From: Octopus vulgaris
Lineage: Eukaryota
Reading direction: 5' to 3'
Assembly: GCA_951406725.2 (NCBI GenBank)
Contig: OX597827.1
Location: forward strand, 61,752,001-61,816,000
DNA length: 64,000 nucleotides
Of the stretch, positions 39,015 to 51,782 are shown piece after piece. Below the pieces are notes generated by a model. The model was not told where the DNA came from, searched no databases, and worked only from the letters and a program-made list of their open reading frames with translations. Position 1 is the first letter of the stretch. The number at the start of each line of letters is the position of its first letter. The position numbers were made by a program, and so were the translations under genes.

Positions 39015-42000
39015 TTAAGTTAGAAATTCGCAACTTTTTTTCTTTCTTTCTGTTCTTTTCATTTTCACTTTCTTCATTCTTCCATTTTCTCTTTTTTCTT
39101 TATCTGGAAATATTATTATTGATAGTAATCAATATTTCTTTCATTGACTGCAAGAACACGAGAGACGTCTGTATAACATCGATATGCTAACATTATTATA
39201 ACAACACTCATAAATAATTTCTTTCTGTTCTTTCTCTTAATTCATTTTCCCATTTCTATTCCACCTCCCTCGCATGTTCTCTTCAGTTCTTGCATTTCTT
39301 CCCAGTCTCTTATTTCCTCTTCCTTTTTCTTCGTCTCCCTTTCTTCCGATGTTTTCTTCTGCTTTTCTCACTATTTTCCTATTTCTTTCCTCATTGTTTT
39401 TCCTTCATCTCCCCCTCATTCCGCTTCTTCTTTCCCTGTCCTTTTTAATTCTTGCCGTTCTCACCCCTTTTGACTTTCATATATGGTTGTATTTTCTATG
39501 TACGTTACAAATTATTTTCCTGTCTCTAAAATTAAATATAATTTTTTAAAAAGATTTCGAATACATTTTATAATTATAACATAATTAACGAAAATAACAA
39601 ATTGATATACCCAAAAGCGCTCCATCCATGAGCTCTATTTTAAGACAGTGTTACTACTAGCTCCTGGCCAGTCCTTGAGAAATGCAATGAATCCTTTACT
39701 TAAAACTATAATTAAAGGGTATTCGGCTGCTATTATTAGCAGGTCGTCATTTAATCATTGCGATGATAATGATCACCATATCGATTTTTTTTTTTAATTC
39801 AAGTTCCTGTAAGGTATACCGGACTAATAAATTCATGTGAAATTAAATTATATCATTTTAAAACGTGTAATATACTTTAATTTTAAAATGTTATGCATAT
39901 TTTGTACAGCTTTTAAAAACAACGAAATGATTTAATGTATGCGTTTACTCAAAAATGTGTGTTGAATGTGTACGTATGCTTGTTTTGATTAAATCAGTGT
40001 CATTTGTTTTGTTTTAGCGCGAGGTTAGCCCTGATGTAGCTAGGCCTTGTGATCTAATTAATGCTTTTTCGGTCGTCCAATGTCTACCTCTTACTTTTTT
40101 AAAAGTGGTAGGATGGGGGCTCGAGTAAATTTGCTGCTATTTCTAGTAACTCGTGCAATCACTTACGACCCTCCTCGTTGACTCCATTTATTGTGCGTGT
40201 CTGTGCGATTTAATTCCATTGGATTCGTCTGTGCATGCGCATGCGTACACGCGCGCTCTACTTTTGGGTATCTACGTTGCTTGGTTGTAGGTTTATGGTA
40301 GTATACGTCTCAAAATGTTTTCCTTTGTATTTCTATTGGTGCGTTTACACGCGCGCACGCGCACTTACATACAGTATTGTCCAAACGTTAAAGATAGCGT
40401 TTTAGCAGTTATATAATTCCTAAAACAGCATGTTGTCACTAGTTTATTACACCAGTTGTCTTTGTAACCCTTACCTAACCTTGTTCTCGTACACCTATAA
40501 TGAAAGGCGTTTTAGCTGTGACCATTCTGTTTTTTTTTCTTCTTTCCACATCAGGAACTGCATTGGTCAGTGTGTCCTTTGGCGGTAGGGGATATATGTG
40601 ACTTCTGGGAGATTTAGTTGTTATTTCTAGTATTGTGAGCGACTGCATTGAAGCTCCTTTGTTGGGTTGTGGCTTTGTAGGAAATCTTAAATGTAAAATT
40701 TAAAATGGTACATCTTGAAAGGATTATAGGAAGAATTAGAATGCCATCTTTTATCTTTTTCAATCATTGGATTACGGTCAAGCTGGGGCACTACCCTGAG
40801 GGGTTTTAGTCGAAAAAATCGACCCCAGTACTTTTTGTTTTCAAGGTTTGGTATTTGTTTTCTCTTTTGCCAAACTGCTAAGTTACAGGGGACGTAGTGG
40901 TGGGAGACAAATACAAAAAAGATGCATAACACACACACACGTATGTGATTCCACACACTTTCCATCATCATCATCATATTTAACGTCCGCTTTCCATGCT
41001 AGCATGGGTTGGACTATTTGACTGAGGACTGGCGAACCAAATGGCTGCACCAGGCTCCAATCTGATCTGGCAGAGTTTCTACAGCTGGATGCCCTTCCTA
41101 ATGCCATCTATCAAAATATTCTTCAGCATGTTTAATAATAGTAGTCAAGTGGTCACATTTGCTGAATTTTGAGTGATTGATATTTGGAAGAGAATATTTC
41201 ACCTGCTTTTACGTAACAATCACAAGAAAGAAATGGAGTAGAAATTTTTGCAAAGTTTTAATCAATCCTCATCTATTGTATTTTGAGTGCAAAATCTCCT
41301 TCTCCATACAGCCCTGCTAACCCTAACCCTAACCCCACTTGGACTCCTAGTTCCATAGTCCTAACACTCTTCTATTCACCTCCTACCTTGAGGAGACACC
41401 TGGTACTTGCAGCTCATACTGACTATTCTCATTCTCTCTCCTGAAGGTGAGGAACCATGCTGCTTCTTTACAAGAACCTACTCCCTTCTCTCCTCTCGTA
41501 CTTTCTGCTCTCATCTCAAATGCTGTTCCCTCCTCCTTTGTAGTCTTGTGAGCAGCATGGTGGCCTCATTACTGCCAGTGATATGAAAAAATGCACCCAG
41601 TATACATTGTAAAGTAGTTAGTATTAGAAAGAGCATCCAGCTGTAGAAACTGTACCAAAGTAGACACTGGAGCACAATGCAATCTTGTCAAACTGTCCAA
41701 ACCCATGACAGTATGAAACACAGGAACTGAACGATGATGATGACAAATTCTAATATTTTTAATCATTTTCCTGGTTAATATAAATAAAGTTCAAAACCTT
41801 TTGCAAAGAAACGAATTCCCTTGAGCTGATTTATCTTGTATGAAGTACACAAACCATTCTTACTATGGAATATAATATATGAAAACTGTTATTATTATCT
41901 ACTTGCAAACTGAAATCATCATTATTGTTCTTGTAATTTTTTCAATGTGTGCTTTATATTAAGTATTATCTAGCTGTTTGTATATGTGCATCTCATTGTA

Positions 42001-42092
42001 GATTGCTTCTGCAGTGAAGAGTAGCGAGTGATTTCATTGGTAAGAAAGATTAAGATGAATCTGATTTTGTTGAAAATGCTGCTCTGTTGATA

Positions 42093-42290
42093 GTTAAGTT
42101 AATTTTTTGGCTCAAAAAGCAAAAAGCAAGGCCATGTAGGGGGACATGGAGTTATGTACAGGGTGTTCATGCAAAGAGTTCAGGCCATTTCTGGTCAAGA
42201 GAGGCTTTGAACCGAGCGGTCGTCGGCATCTTCACTATCTTGTCCGGCAGCTTATTCCACGGATCCGCAACCTGGATGGAGAAAGCCCCT
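42093..42290 (-). mobile_element. Short 3' fragment of the CR1 family seen at 7352-7860
   Basis: Near-identical to 7375-7570 (GGCTCAAAA..GCAAGGCCATGTAGGGGGACATGGAGTT...GGATCCGCAACC). Confidence 0.88.
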
Positions 42291-43010
42291 CTGTACCCAG
42301 TTTTGTTTTTGTGAATGTGCTGTAAAATTAGAAAATAACGAGGAACATGTACATGTCATTGCAGATTGCTTCTGCAGTGAAGAGTAGCAAATGATTCCAT
42401 TGGTAAGAGAGATTAAGATGAATCTGATTTTGTTGAAAATGCTGCTCTGTTGATGTCGCTGTGTACCCAGTTTTCTCTTTGTGAATGTGCTGTAAAATTA
42501 GAAAATCACGAGAAATATGTATTTTACTCTTTCCTGTTGGAATATTCTTTTATCCAAAATAGTCGAGAAGGGAATTGCTGCAGATTATTTTCAGACATTT
42601 GGATGAATGTATGTTTCTTCATCATTCAACATCCACTTTTCCATGCTCTTCTCAGTTGGACAGAATTTGTTGAGGCAGATTTTTCTATGGTTGGATGCTT
42701 TTCCTGTTGCTGACCTTCATCTCTTTCTAAGTAAGGTAATGTTTCTCCATAATGAGACATATCTTGGAAGACTGGAAACTTAAGATACTGCTTCCCTGAT
42801 GATGACACTTGCTTACAACTATCAAGTAGTATCAAGCCAAGGAGGAAGTAACATAAACACAAGCACTTATATACATATACACAACAGGCTTCTTTCAGTT
42901 TCCATCAGCCAAATTTACTCACAAGGCTTTGGTTAGCCTGGGGCTATAGTAGAAGACACTTGTGGGACTGAACTGGAAAACATGTTTGGGAAGCAAATTC
43001 TTACTACATA

Positions 43011-43554
43011 CCATAAATCCTCTAGTATAATCCGCATTTTCCCCCCAAAATTTAAAGGTCACTTGCATCTTTCATATATGTATGTATGTGTGTATATGTT
43101 TGTCTCCCCAACATCACTTGAAAAATATTTTCTAAGCAATGTCCGAGTCTCTATTTGCTGTCCGGCGATGTTTATTCAGACGCATTTTGTGATGTTGGGC
43201 GCAAAAATACCTTAAGCTAAGCCTGAAAGCAATGAAGTCATAAAAGAATCACCCATAACTTGCAGTAAGCAACATTTATTAAAATAAAAGTATTCAGAAC
43301 ACAGAATAACATGTAACAAAAACAATTTGCAAACATATTTACATTCCCATATAACAGTTAAGAACATTACCACTATTGTATTACGCATGTGCGGAAGTGT
43401 TTGTTCGACTAGGTGCTGCTGGCTTAATTATACACGACTAAAGTTAGAGAAGGGGTGCGTATTATACACAAGGTTTAGGTTTTTCAGAGGTACAGCCTCC
43501 TAAAAAACCCCTGCATATTATACTCAAAGGTGGACTATACTCGAGGATTTACAG
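43011..43554. mobile_element. Non-autonomous Tc1/mariner-superfamily (pogo/Tc2-like) element
   Basis: TA|CCATAAATCCTCTAGTATAATCCGC ... GTGGACTATACTCGAGGATTTACAG, ~25-bp imperfect TIRs. Inserted in an old SINE A head. Confidence 0.7.
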
Positions 43555-43987
43555 AAGTCATGCTTCTAATTCTAAACACTTATATTTCATAATACAGCTT
43601 ATACAAATCTAGTGAAGGTAGTTTATAAAAGTTGGATGCTAGTCCAGTTTAGCACAATGTTTCAATTTATGAATATTCCGTTTTTCACCCACCCCCCACA
43701 CAATTGCTTATTATTCATAAAAAAACTTGTAGCTTGTCAGCTGCATGTTACTTTGATTTTGCATGCTTCCATTTTATGTCTGTCTGCAGCCCCCTTCATC
43801 CCCACTCTTTTAAAAAAAAACTTTTTCATGTGGTTAAGAAGCGTACTTTGCAATCAATTGGTTCTGGATTCAATCCCAGTTTGTGACACCTTGGACAAGC
43901 GTCTTCCACTGGAGTCCTTAAGTGACCAAGGCCTTGTAAGTGAATTTTGTAGCTAGAAACTGCATAGAAGCTTTATATATATATATA

Positions 43988-44200
43988 TTCTTTTCTACTC
44001 TAGGCACAAGGCCTGAAATTTTTGGGGAAGTGGGGGCAGTCAATTAGATTGACACTAGTACGCAACTGGTACTTAATTTATCGACTCTGAAAGGATGAAA
44101 GGCAAAGTCAACCTCTGCGGAATTTGAATTGAGAACATAAAGACAGACGAAATACCGTTAAGCATTTCGCCCGGCGTTCTAATGTTTCTGCCAGCTTGCC
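43988..44200 (-). mobile_element. SINE family B variant
   Basis: Reverse-complement match to the family B head and core. Confidence 0.85.
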
Positions 44201-44217
44201 TTATATATATATATATA

Positions 44218-44366
44218 GGTGTGAGAGTAGCTGTGTGGTAAGTAGCTTGGGTATGAACCACATGGTTCCAGTTGAGTCCCACTGCCTGGCATCTCGGACA
44301 AGTGTCTTCTACTGTAGCCTTGTGAGTGGATTTGATAGATGGAAACTGAAAGAAGCCCGTCATATA

Positions 44367-44403
<37 letters not shown>

Positions 44404-44620
44404 GTATGTGTGCGTGTATATGTTTGTGTGTGTTTGTCCCCCCAACATCGCTTGACAACCGATGCTGGTGTGTTTATGTCCCCATAAACTTGCAGTTCGG
44501 CAAAAAGAGACCGATAGAATAAGTACTAGGCTTACAAAGAATAAGTCCTGGGGTTGATTTGCTCGACTAAAGGTGGTGCTTCAGCATGGCCACAGTCAAA
44601 TGACTGAAACAGATAAAAGA
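44218..44620 (+). mobile_element. SINE family A
   Basis: Full-length match; lies head-to-head with the preceding SINE across a (TA)n tract. Confidence 0.88.
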
Positions 44621-44890
44621 ATATATATATAAATTTAAATAATGAGAGTGATAAATTGAATATTAATTTAATTAACATCAATTTAAAACCAGTAGCCTAG
44701 CATATAGAAAAATCTGGGGTGGCGATCTCTGCTGTACTCTTCCGCCACAACTTTCTCTCACTCTTTCTTCTGTTGGCCTGCTCGCTTAGTCAGCGGGGTA
44801 GTGTCATTTGAAGGCTAAAACAATGCGAAGCGCATTGTGACCAGTGATGTGTAGCAACATCTGAGAGCCTGGTCGGTCACGATGATCACG

Positions 44891-44935
<45 letters not shown>

Positions 44936-45159
44936 AGGGGATTGGTCTGCAAGAGTCTTGTGCCATGTAAAAAGCACTCATGCTGGTGCTGCATTAAATG
45001 CACCCAGCACATAATGTAAAATGGTTGGTATTAGGAAGGGCATCCAGCTGTAGAAACCGAGCCAAATTAGACTGGAACCTGGTGCAGCTCTCTAGCTTGC
45101 CAGCTCTGGTCAAACTGTCCAGTCCATGCCAGCATGGAAAACAGATGTTAAAGGATGAT

Positions 45160-45213
<54 letters not shown>

Positions 45214-45907
45214 CTTTTTTGTTGTTCCCCCAACTTCGAAACTTTGACAATTAGTATTGGTTTGTTTACATCCTTGTAGAGACTGAATGGAATAGGTATC
45301 AAACTTGAGAATCAGTATTGAGGTTGATTTGGCTAAATCCTTGAAGGTGGTGCCCCAGCATTGGCTGCAGTCCAAGTGGCTGAAACAAGTAAAACATAAG
45401 ATAAATAGATAAATAAGAGAAAAGGTAGTTAGTTTACTTTTGTTACATTTTCTGAGACAACATTGTAACATTTAAACATTTTTGATAATGAAATATATAA
45501 TATTGTGTAAATGTCTGCATATGTTTCTGTGCATACATATGTGTGTGTGTATGTGTGCTTTTATAAGTGTGTGTAACATGCAATCAAATATGCATGTAAG
45601 AAATAGGTGCTTCATAGAAGTCTATTACTTTTGACAACGATTTGGCTTTACTGAATATCAAAACAAAAATATTCAAGATGGCTACTCCATGTAATGTTAC
45701 AGAAAATGGGGAAACCTAAATGAAGAAATGCAAAGTGCTAGGAGCAATAATTGCAGAAATCATTTGGCCAGTTTCTGCCTCCTTATTGTACAGTAAGGTA
45801 TTGTGAGATCAGACATTAAAAGCAACAAAGAGTGGAGTTAATAAAGTAAGTGTAGATGAGGTTATTGTCTGTGGATGCAATTTAATAACCCTATATCTAG
45901 TCTTTCT

Positions 45908-46208
45908 GTGGAGGCTCAATGGCCCAGTGGTTAAGGCAGCGGACTCGCAGTCGTAGGATCGCAGTTTCGATTCCCAGACCGGGCGTTGTGAGTGTTTATT
46001 GAGCGAAAACACCTAAAGCTCCACGAGGCTCCAGCAGGGGGTGGTGGTGGTCCCTGCTGTACTCTTTCGCCACAACTTTCTCTCACTCTTTCTTCTGTTG
46101 GCTTGCTCGCTTAGCCAGTGGGGTGGCATCATTTGAAGGCTAAAACAATGTGAAGTGCATTGTGACCAGGGATGTGTACCAACTTTGATAGCCTGGTCGG
46201 TCGCGGTG
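45908..46208 (+). mobile_element. tRNA-derived SINE family C, full length, 15-bp TSD
   Basis: Head TGGCCCAGTGGTTAAGGCAGCGGACTCGCAG..GTTTCGATTCCC. TSD ATATCTAGTCTTTCT at 45893-45907 and 46209-46223. A 3' part is also at 44716-44895. Confidence 0.9.
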
Positions 46209-46479
46209 ATATCTAGTCTTTCTACTGAAACTCACAAATCCATATAAAGTTAGTGATAGTGGATGAGTAAAGACAGCATCATAAAGGTTAGATAGGAAGG
46301 ACAACAGCAAAAAAAAAAAGGGGTTGAATTTAAGAAGCAGAAAGAGAGGAAAAAGGAAAATATGGCGTCTCATTCATAATAAGGTGGTTCCCTAAGATGG
46401 GGTGTGATCCTGATGTTGGGCTTCTCAGTTGCTCAATATGTATCTATTTGCACGAGGATATTTTATATTTTCATTTTTG

Positions 46480-47340
46480 GGGCTGAGATAATAATTTAAG
46501 GCTTTTAATACCATGTACAATTTCTGTCCTCTCTGTTAGGTTGTACTGATTGGATCCATTTGTATAAACTTGATTTCTTGAGCATTCTCTGTTTGATGTC
46601 CTAGTCAATCTTCTTGTCTTTCAAAGACCATAAATGGCTTGCCATTCTTGTGGTTGGTTATCTGCTTTTCTGCATCTTTGAAAGATGATATTTGGTTGTA
46701 AAATCTTGACTTCAGTCAGCCCTCAACCATACTTATATAATGTTTTTATTTCCACAGTTTGATATAGCATGGCTGATGTATTGATGTATGTAACCTCTGC
46801 TTCATTTTCACTTGTCTTGATATTGTATGCTGAGTCCAAGGAGCATTCATCTTTGTACAAGAACATCCATTTTGTGTGGGCTTAGATCAGTGGTTTTCAA
46901 CCAGGGTTCCATCAGTACAGTTTAGGGGTTCCGCAAGAAGTTACAAAACTGCTAAAGTCGGCAGTAATTTTTAAGTCTCCTGTGCAGATATTTGTGCATA
47001 AGACTATTAAATTATTGCACAGGGGTTCCTCGAGCCAGTGGAATGTTTCCTTGGGGTTCCGCTCCAGCAAAAAGTTTGAAAAGCACTGGCTTAGATGTTA
47101 TAAATTTGATATTGAGAAGGCAGGAATAACTGATTTTCATGTTACAGTGGTCGATCTTTCTATGATAGCATAGTTCTAGGAAATGTTTATATAGAAGTGC
47201 TAAAAGTATTCTACTTACATTAGCTTTAACATTTGAGAAAGGAGGTGCAAACCAGATAATTTTGTCAGGCCTATTCCTGGATCTTTTGTTTTGGGTGGAT
47301 AGGTTGGGGAATATGGAATATTTGATAGTTGAAATCAAAA
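46480..47340 (-). mobile_element. Penelope-like element remnant (RT C-terminal linker and GIY-YIG endonuclease), pseudogenised
   Basis: IIWFAPPFSNVKANVSRILLALLYKHF...KISYSCLLNIKFITS resembles the PLE motif IIWFNPPYS..V.TN.G..FL.LI.KHF..KVSYSC. Downstream frames give RFYNQISSFKD and MASHLWSLKDKKID, typical of PLE GIY-YIG domains. Confidence 0.8.
46888..47088. mobile_element. hAT (Charlie-like) MITE nested in the Penelope remnant
   Basis: TIRs CAGTGGTTTTCAACC / CAGTGCTTTTCAAAC. 8-bp TSD GCTTAGAT at 46880-46887 and 47089-47096. Confidence 0.9.
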
Positions 47341-49808
47341 TTTAGTTGTGACATGTTATAGCAGAAGCTACCATGACAAAATCTTTTAGAAAAGTTTAAA
47401 GATTGAAGACACTATGGCTAACATTGGAGAAACAGCTGAAATAACTCATTTGCATATGAGACTAAAGATATAAAAGTTTTTGATTTAGTCTACGGTTTTA
47501 GCATGTATAGGTGCTATTTTATTCTTGAAATTATTAATTGGACGGGTAGGTAATAGAAGGGAAAGCCCCCTCTCTCTCCCCCTCCCCCTCTCTATCACAC
47601 ACATACATTGATGCGATCAGCATAAGATTATGTTTAAAGATATTTCTCATTAAAAAAACCCCCAACTATTTTAGTTAAATTACTGGCTTGATAAGAGTTT
47701 TAACATATTATATTCTTCCACAGAATACTTTAACCAACAACTTTGCCATAAGCTGATTAACAAACACCTGGTCTTTGTAATAAAATATTTTTGTGGACAG
47801 TTGCAGTATTATGTATAAAATAGGAGAAAAAAAATACCTTCCCAGTTACGAACTCCGAACTTTTCCCCTTTTCTGTCCACAAAGATGATGTTGGCATCTG
47901 TATGTGTTATTCTGATGGCTGGAATCTATGCATACATTCTATAGTATTAAGCTTTTAGTAAATGTCGCAATAACATACAAAATATGTTTTGCCTTATTTA
48001 ATCTGTCAGAAAAGCGGTTATCTTAAGCGGACAGATGATACACCGCTCTCGCATTCTCCCTCTTTTAACCTTAATATTTTACTTTGTGTCCCCTTTGTTT
48101 TTCTTTCATTCTATTTTCCTTTTTCTCTTTTAAATTCGTCTTTTTCTGTTACTCCGTTCCTTCTCTTTTGCTATGTCCCCGCCATCTCTCTATAATTTTC
48201 TGTTTCGTATTTTATATTTTATTTTACTTATCTTTTTTTCGTTTTGGTTTTTTTAAAATCTGGTTTAATGTACTTTATCCATTCTTCCTCACACACTCAG
48301 CTATGTCCTAATGCAATTTACTTTTATCTATCTATATTCCTTCTTTTGCAATTCTCTCTGTCTTTTCATTTTGTCATTCTATTCTCCATCCTCACTCATT
48401 TTGCCTTTTTTTTCTTTCTTTCAACTTCTGTTTTTGGTGACGAAAATATACGAACTTTTATTTTTTTTTAGAAAACGACGATTGTTTATCTTTACGCTGA
48501 AAATTCCAGCTGTTAAATTTATTCAAAATTATAACTTTTCTCCAACTTTCAAACCTTTTATTCTACCATCACATTTCCCCATTACTATATCGTGTCTATT
48601 TCATACTACATTTCTGTTTCATTTTCATTAATTATCTTCCGCTCTTCTATTAATCTTACTGTATTTCCCCCCCTCTCTTTTACCGCCATACACCGTTTTA
48701 TTGTTGTTTGTAACCAAATAAACTTTATAAACTTTATTGATAATCACTCAGGCAAATTCTTTTAATATCTTTCTACGATTGTTTTAGGAACTGTATTATA
48801 ATATAAATCTTTCGCATAAAGTGTTTGTTAATTCCACAACTACATCGATGCATGCACCACGTAGAAAAGATTCTAATTCCCTCCAAAATGTTAATGTTAA
48901 AATAATACTCGGCACAGTTTTGGAACGCGTTTTTTTTTCCTCCTCAGAGCATTACAATATTGGTAAGAAGACAGTGTTTTGCTAACCACTATATTTATCT
49001 CGTCGAATAATCCATATTTTATGAAACACCACAGCTTAAAGCCTCTACGCAGTTTCACCACTCTTTAGAAATAGTAGCCGAATCTTCCTCCCAGTTCGCA
49101 CTCTGTTGTCTTAAGGGACGGGTACATTGGATAAAGAAGTAATTTGTTACACAAACCTACAGGATGGGCTAAATTGGAACGGCTTTGATCATACGTCTTT
49201 TCGATTTGAGCTTACTGGAAGGGGGGGGGGCTTAACTCCCCACCCTAATTAAACCAGCAAAGTAACGTGATTTAATGCACGCTTGAGACTTACGATGCTT
49301 AAAACTGTATATAATTATGTGCATCATTGTTGATATACAAATATAAAACACTTAATAAGGCATTAAACACTTATTAAGGCATTAAAAGATAATTGAACTA
49401 ATCAATCGTTTGAAAATTTGGCGGAGATTAGGGGGAACAGGTCATAGGCGCGAGTAGAAAAAAAAATTATTTCAAATAAAAGAGAAAGTAAATAATTATT
49501 TTACTCTTTTTTCAAAATACACCAACAAATATGTTGTTGCTGAGATAAAATAAAAACAACCGGAAAGACGGTTCCCGAATGTTTCCATCTGTCAGGAAAA
49601 TAAAAATTCTATAAAAATAAAAAGCTGGCTTTTTAATTTTATTTGTCGATGTCAAGAACTACGGAAGCCTGAACATGCCAAAATTGGTTTGGCTTACTTT
49701 CGCTACAGCTGGCGTTTCGATTTTCATAGAAAGTTATATCAGTGGAACAGAAACGAAATAAACTTTGTTATATTTATAGTTGGACATCACTCTGTGACAT
49801 TCTAAATG

Positions 49809-49869
<61 letters not shown>

Positions 49870-50484
49870 ATGAAATGATTAAAATTCAAAGTTTGTAGGT
49901 TGCTTTATTGAAGGAACAAACATTTGCTTTTATGTCAGACCGCTATCTCCTAATTCATTGAAGATTGGAAGATTGATGAAATTTACTTGTTTCAAACTTT
50001 TATATATATTTATAAACGTATGTGGAATGTTATTTTTTTTTTCGCATGTAGTGTTGCGTATCTCGAAAAACAAAAAACAAAACATTTTTACAAATATCAG
50101 CGGCGCAAATAAAGAGAAATAACTCATGTTAGAAAAGTTAAAGAGGGGTTTCCTGGAAGTCGTCGTTTTGTTTTGGAGAAAAAGCAGCTAAATCTCCCTC
50201 GAATTATATTAGATATCTTTTTTTTAAAAAATGGAAGGGCACAGTTAGAGAATGTAGTCCATTGTTTGTAAAAAAACAAGAAAAAAAGACTGGATGTTCG
50301 CCGTTGTCATACTTGGTTCATAAAATGTCTGTTCGATATTGACAGACATGGAGCTAAACAATAACCAAGGAATAAATGTTACAAATATCTCTATATCATT
50401 GTATTTATGTTTATTTGTTGAAGTCCTCATTAACCGTCATTCTGCGTTTTTCTCTATCTGTCTCATTCTCACTCTGGGTCTCTT

Positions 50485-50822
50485 TCTCTGTCTGTTTCTC
50501 CCTCCGTCTATCTCCACCTCCCTCTTTCTTTCTTTCTCTTTCTGTCTCTCCCTCCGTCTATCTCCACCTCCCTCTTTCTTTCTTTCTCTATCTGTCTCTC
50601 CCTCCGTCTATCTCCACCTTCGTCTTTCTTTCTTTCTCTATCTGTCTCTCTCTCCGTCTATCTTAACATCCGTCTTTCTTTCTCTATCTGTCTCTCTCTC
50701 CGTCTATCTCCACCTCCCTCTTTCTTTCTCTATCTGTCTCTCTCTCCGTCTATCTCCACCTCCCTCTTTCTTTCTCTATTTGTCTCTCCCTCTCTCCGTC
50801 TACCTCAACCTCCCTCTTTCTG
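50485..50822. repeat. Pyrimidine-rich minisatellite, ~45-50 bp unit, ~7 copies
   Basis: Repeated CTCTCCCTCCGTCTATCTCCACCTCCCTCTTTCTTTCTTTCTCTATCTGT. Confidence 0.9.
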
Positions 50823-51561
50823 TCTTATACTCAGTCCTTTTCGTCACATTTACTCTTTAGTCCTCTCTCTCTCTCTCTCATCTCGGCCTCACTTTTACTT
50901 TTACTCTCACTCGTGGTTGGTGAAAATTTCACGGGGAAATCTCATTGGTTAATAATACATGAATTCATGCTCAATGCAATTAATATTGATCTAGCATATG
51001 CGTAAAACCGGGGGTAGGCTATAGTCGTGTAATCGACCTTAGTACTTGACTGGTTTCTTTATTTTATTGGCCTAGAAGCATCGTGAATGACAAAGTCGAA
51101 CCCGACCGAATTTGGATGCAAAACTAGATTGTCTTAAAGAACAGGCACAATAGGTGCCCAGGGCCCCTTGTAAAATATTGTAGAGCACTTTCTCGTCACT
51201 ATACCGTTTCTGCTAATCCGCTGCCCTGTGGAGAATTAATGCTTGAGATAGTTTTTGATGGTTTTAAAAATGTTTGTTTTAAAAAATCTTGCTTCATTTG
51301 TGAAATGTACTAAAGTTATCGTTTTTTGTTTATCTAATTCTACTTAGTTTTTCTTATGCATTATGCATTGTAATAATGTGTTTTGTTTTGTTCAGTGAAT
51401 TACATTATGCGTAGGACGTCTGCGAGTATTGTGTGTACTTATATATAAAAGAAGGTTTGGAGATGATGTACAAGTATTTTATATTAGAAGAAATGAGGTC
51501 CTCAGAAATTCGGATGGTTTTATATTTACAGATATTTATTTGTATGTTACATGTTTTTATA

Positions 51562-51782
51562 CTCTCTTTTACTTGTTTCAGTCATTTGACTGCGGCCATG
51601 CTGGAGCACCGCCTTTAGTCGAGCAAATCGACCCCGGGACTTATTCTTTGTAAGCCCAGTGAACCGCTAAGTGACGGGGACGTAAACACACCAGCATCGG
51701 TTGTCAAGCAATGCTAGGGGGACAAACACAGACACACAAACATATACACACACACTTATATATATATACATACATATACGAC
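51562..51782 (-). mobile_element. SINE family A, 3' half with internal deletion
   Basis: Matches the family A tail; ~25 bp missing at 51660. Confidence 0.85.

Noticed and set aside
41316-41336. (CTAACC)3 telomere-like repeat
   Set aside because: Too short for an interstitial telomere and no TIR or TSD context found.
45908-45985. tRNA gene (also heads at 9298, 6241, 5817)
   Set aside because: The tRNA-like heads continue into SINE bodies, with TSDs or multiple copies, so they are not stand-alone tRNAs.
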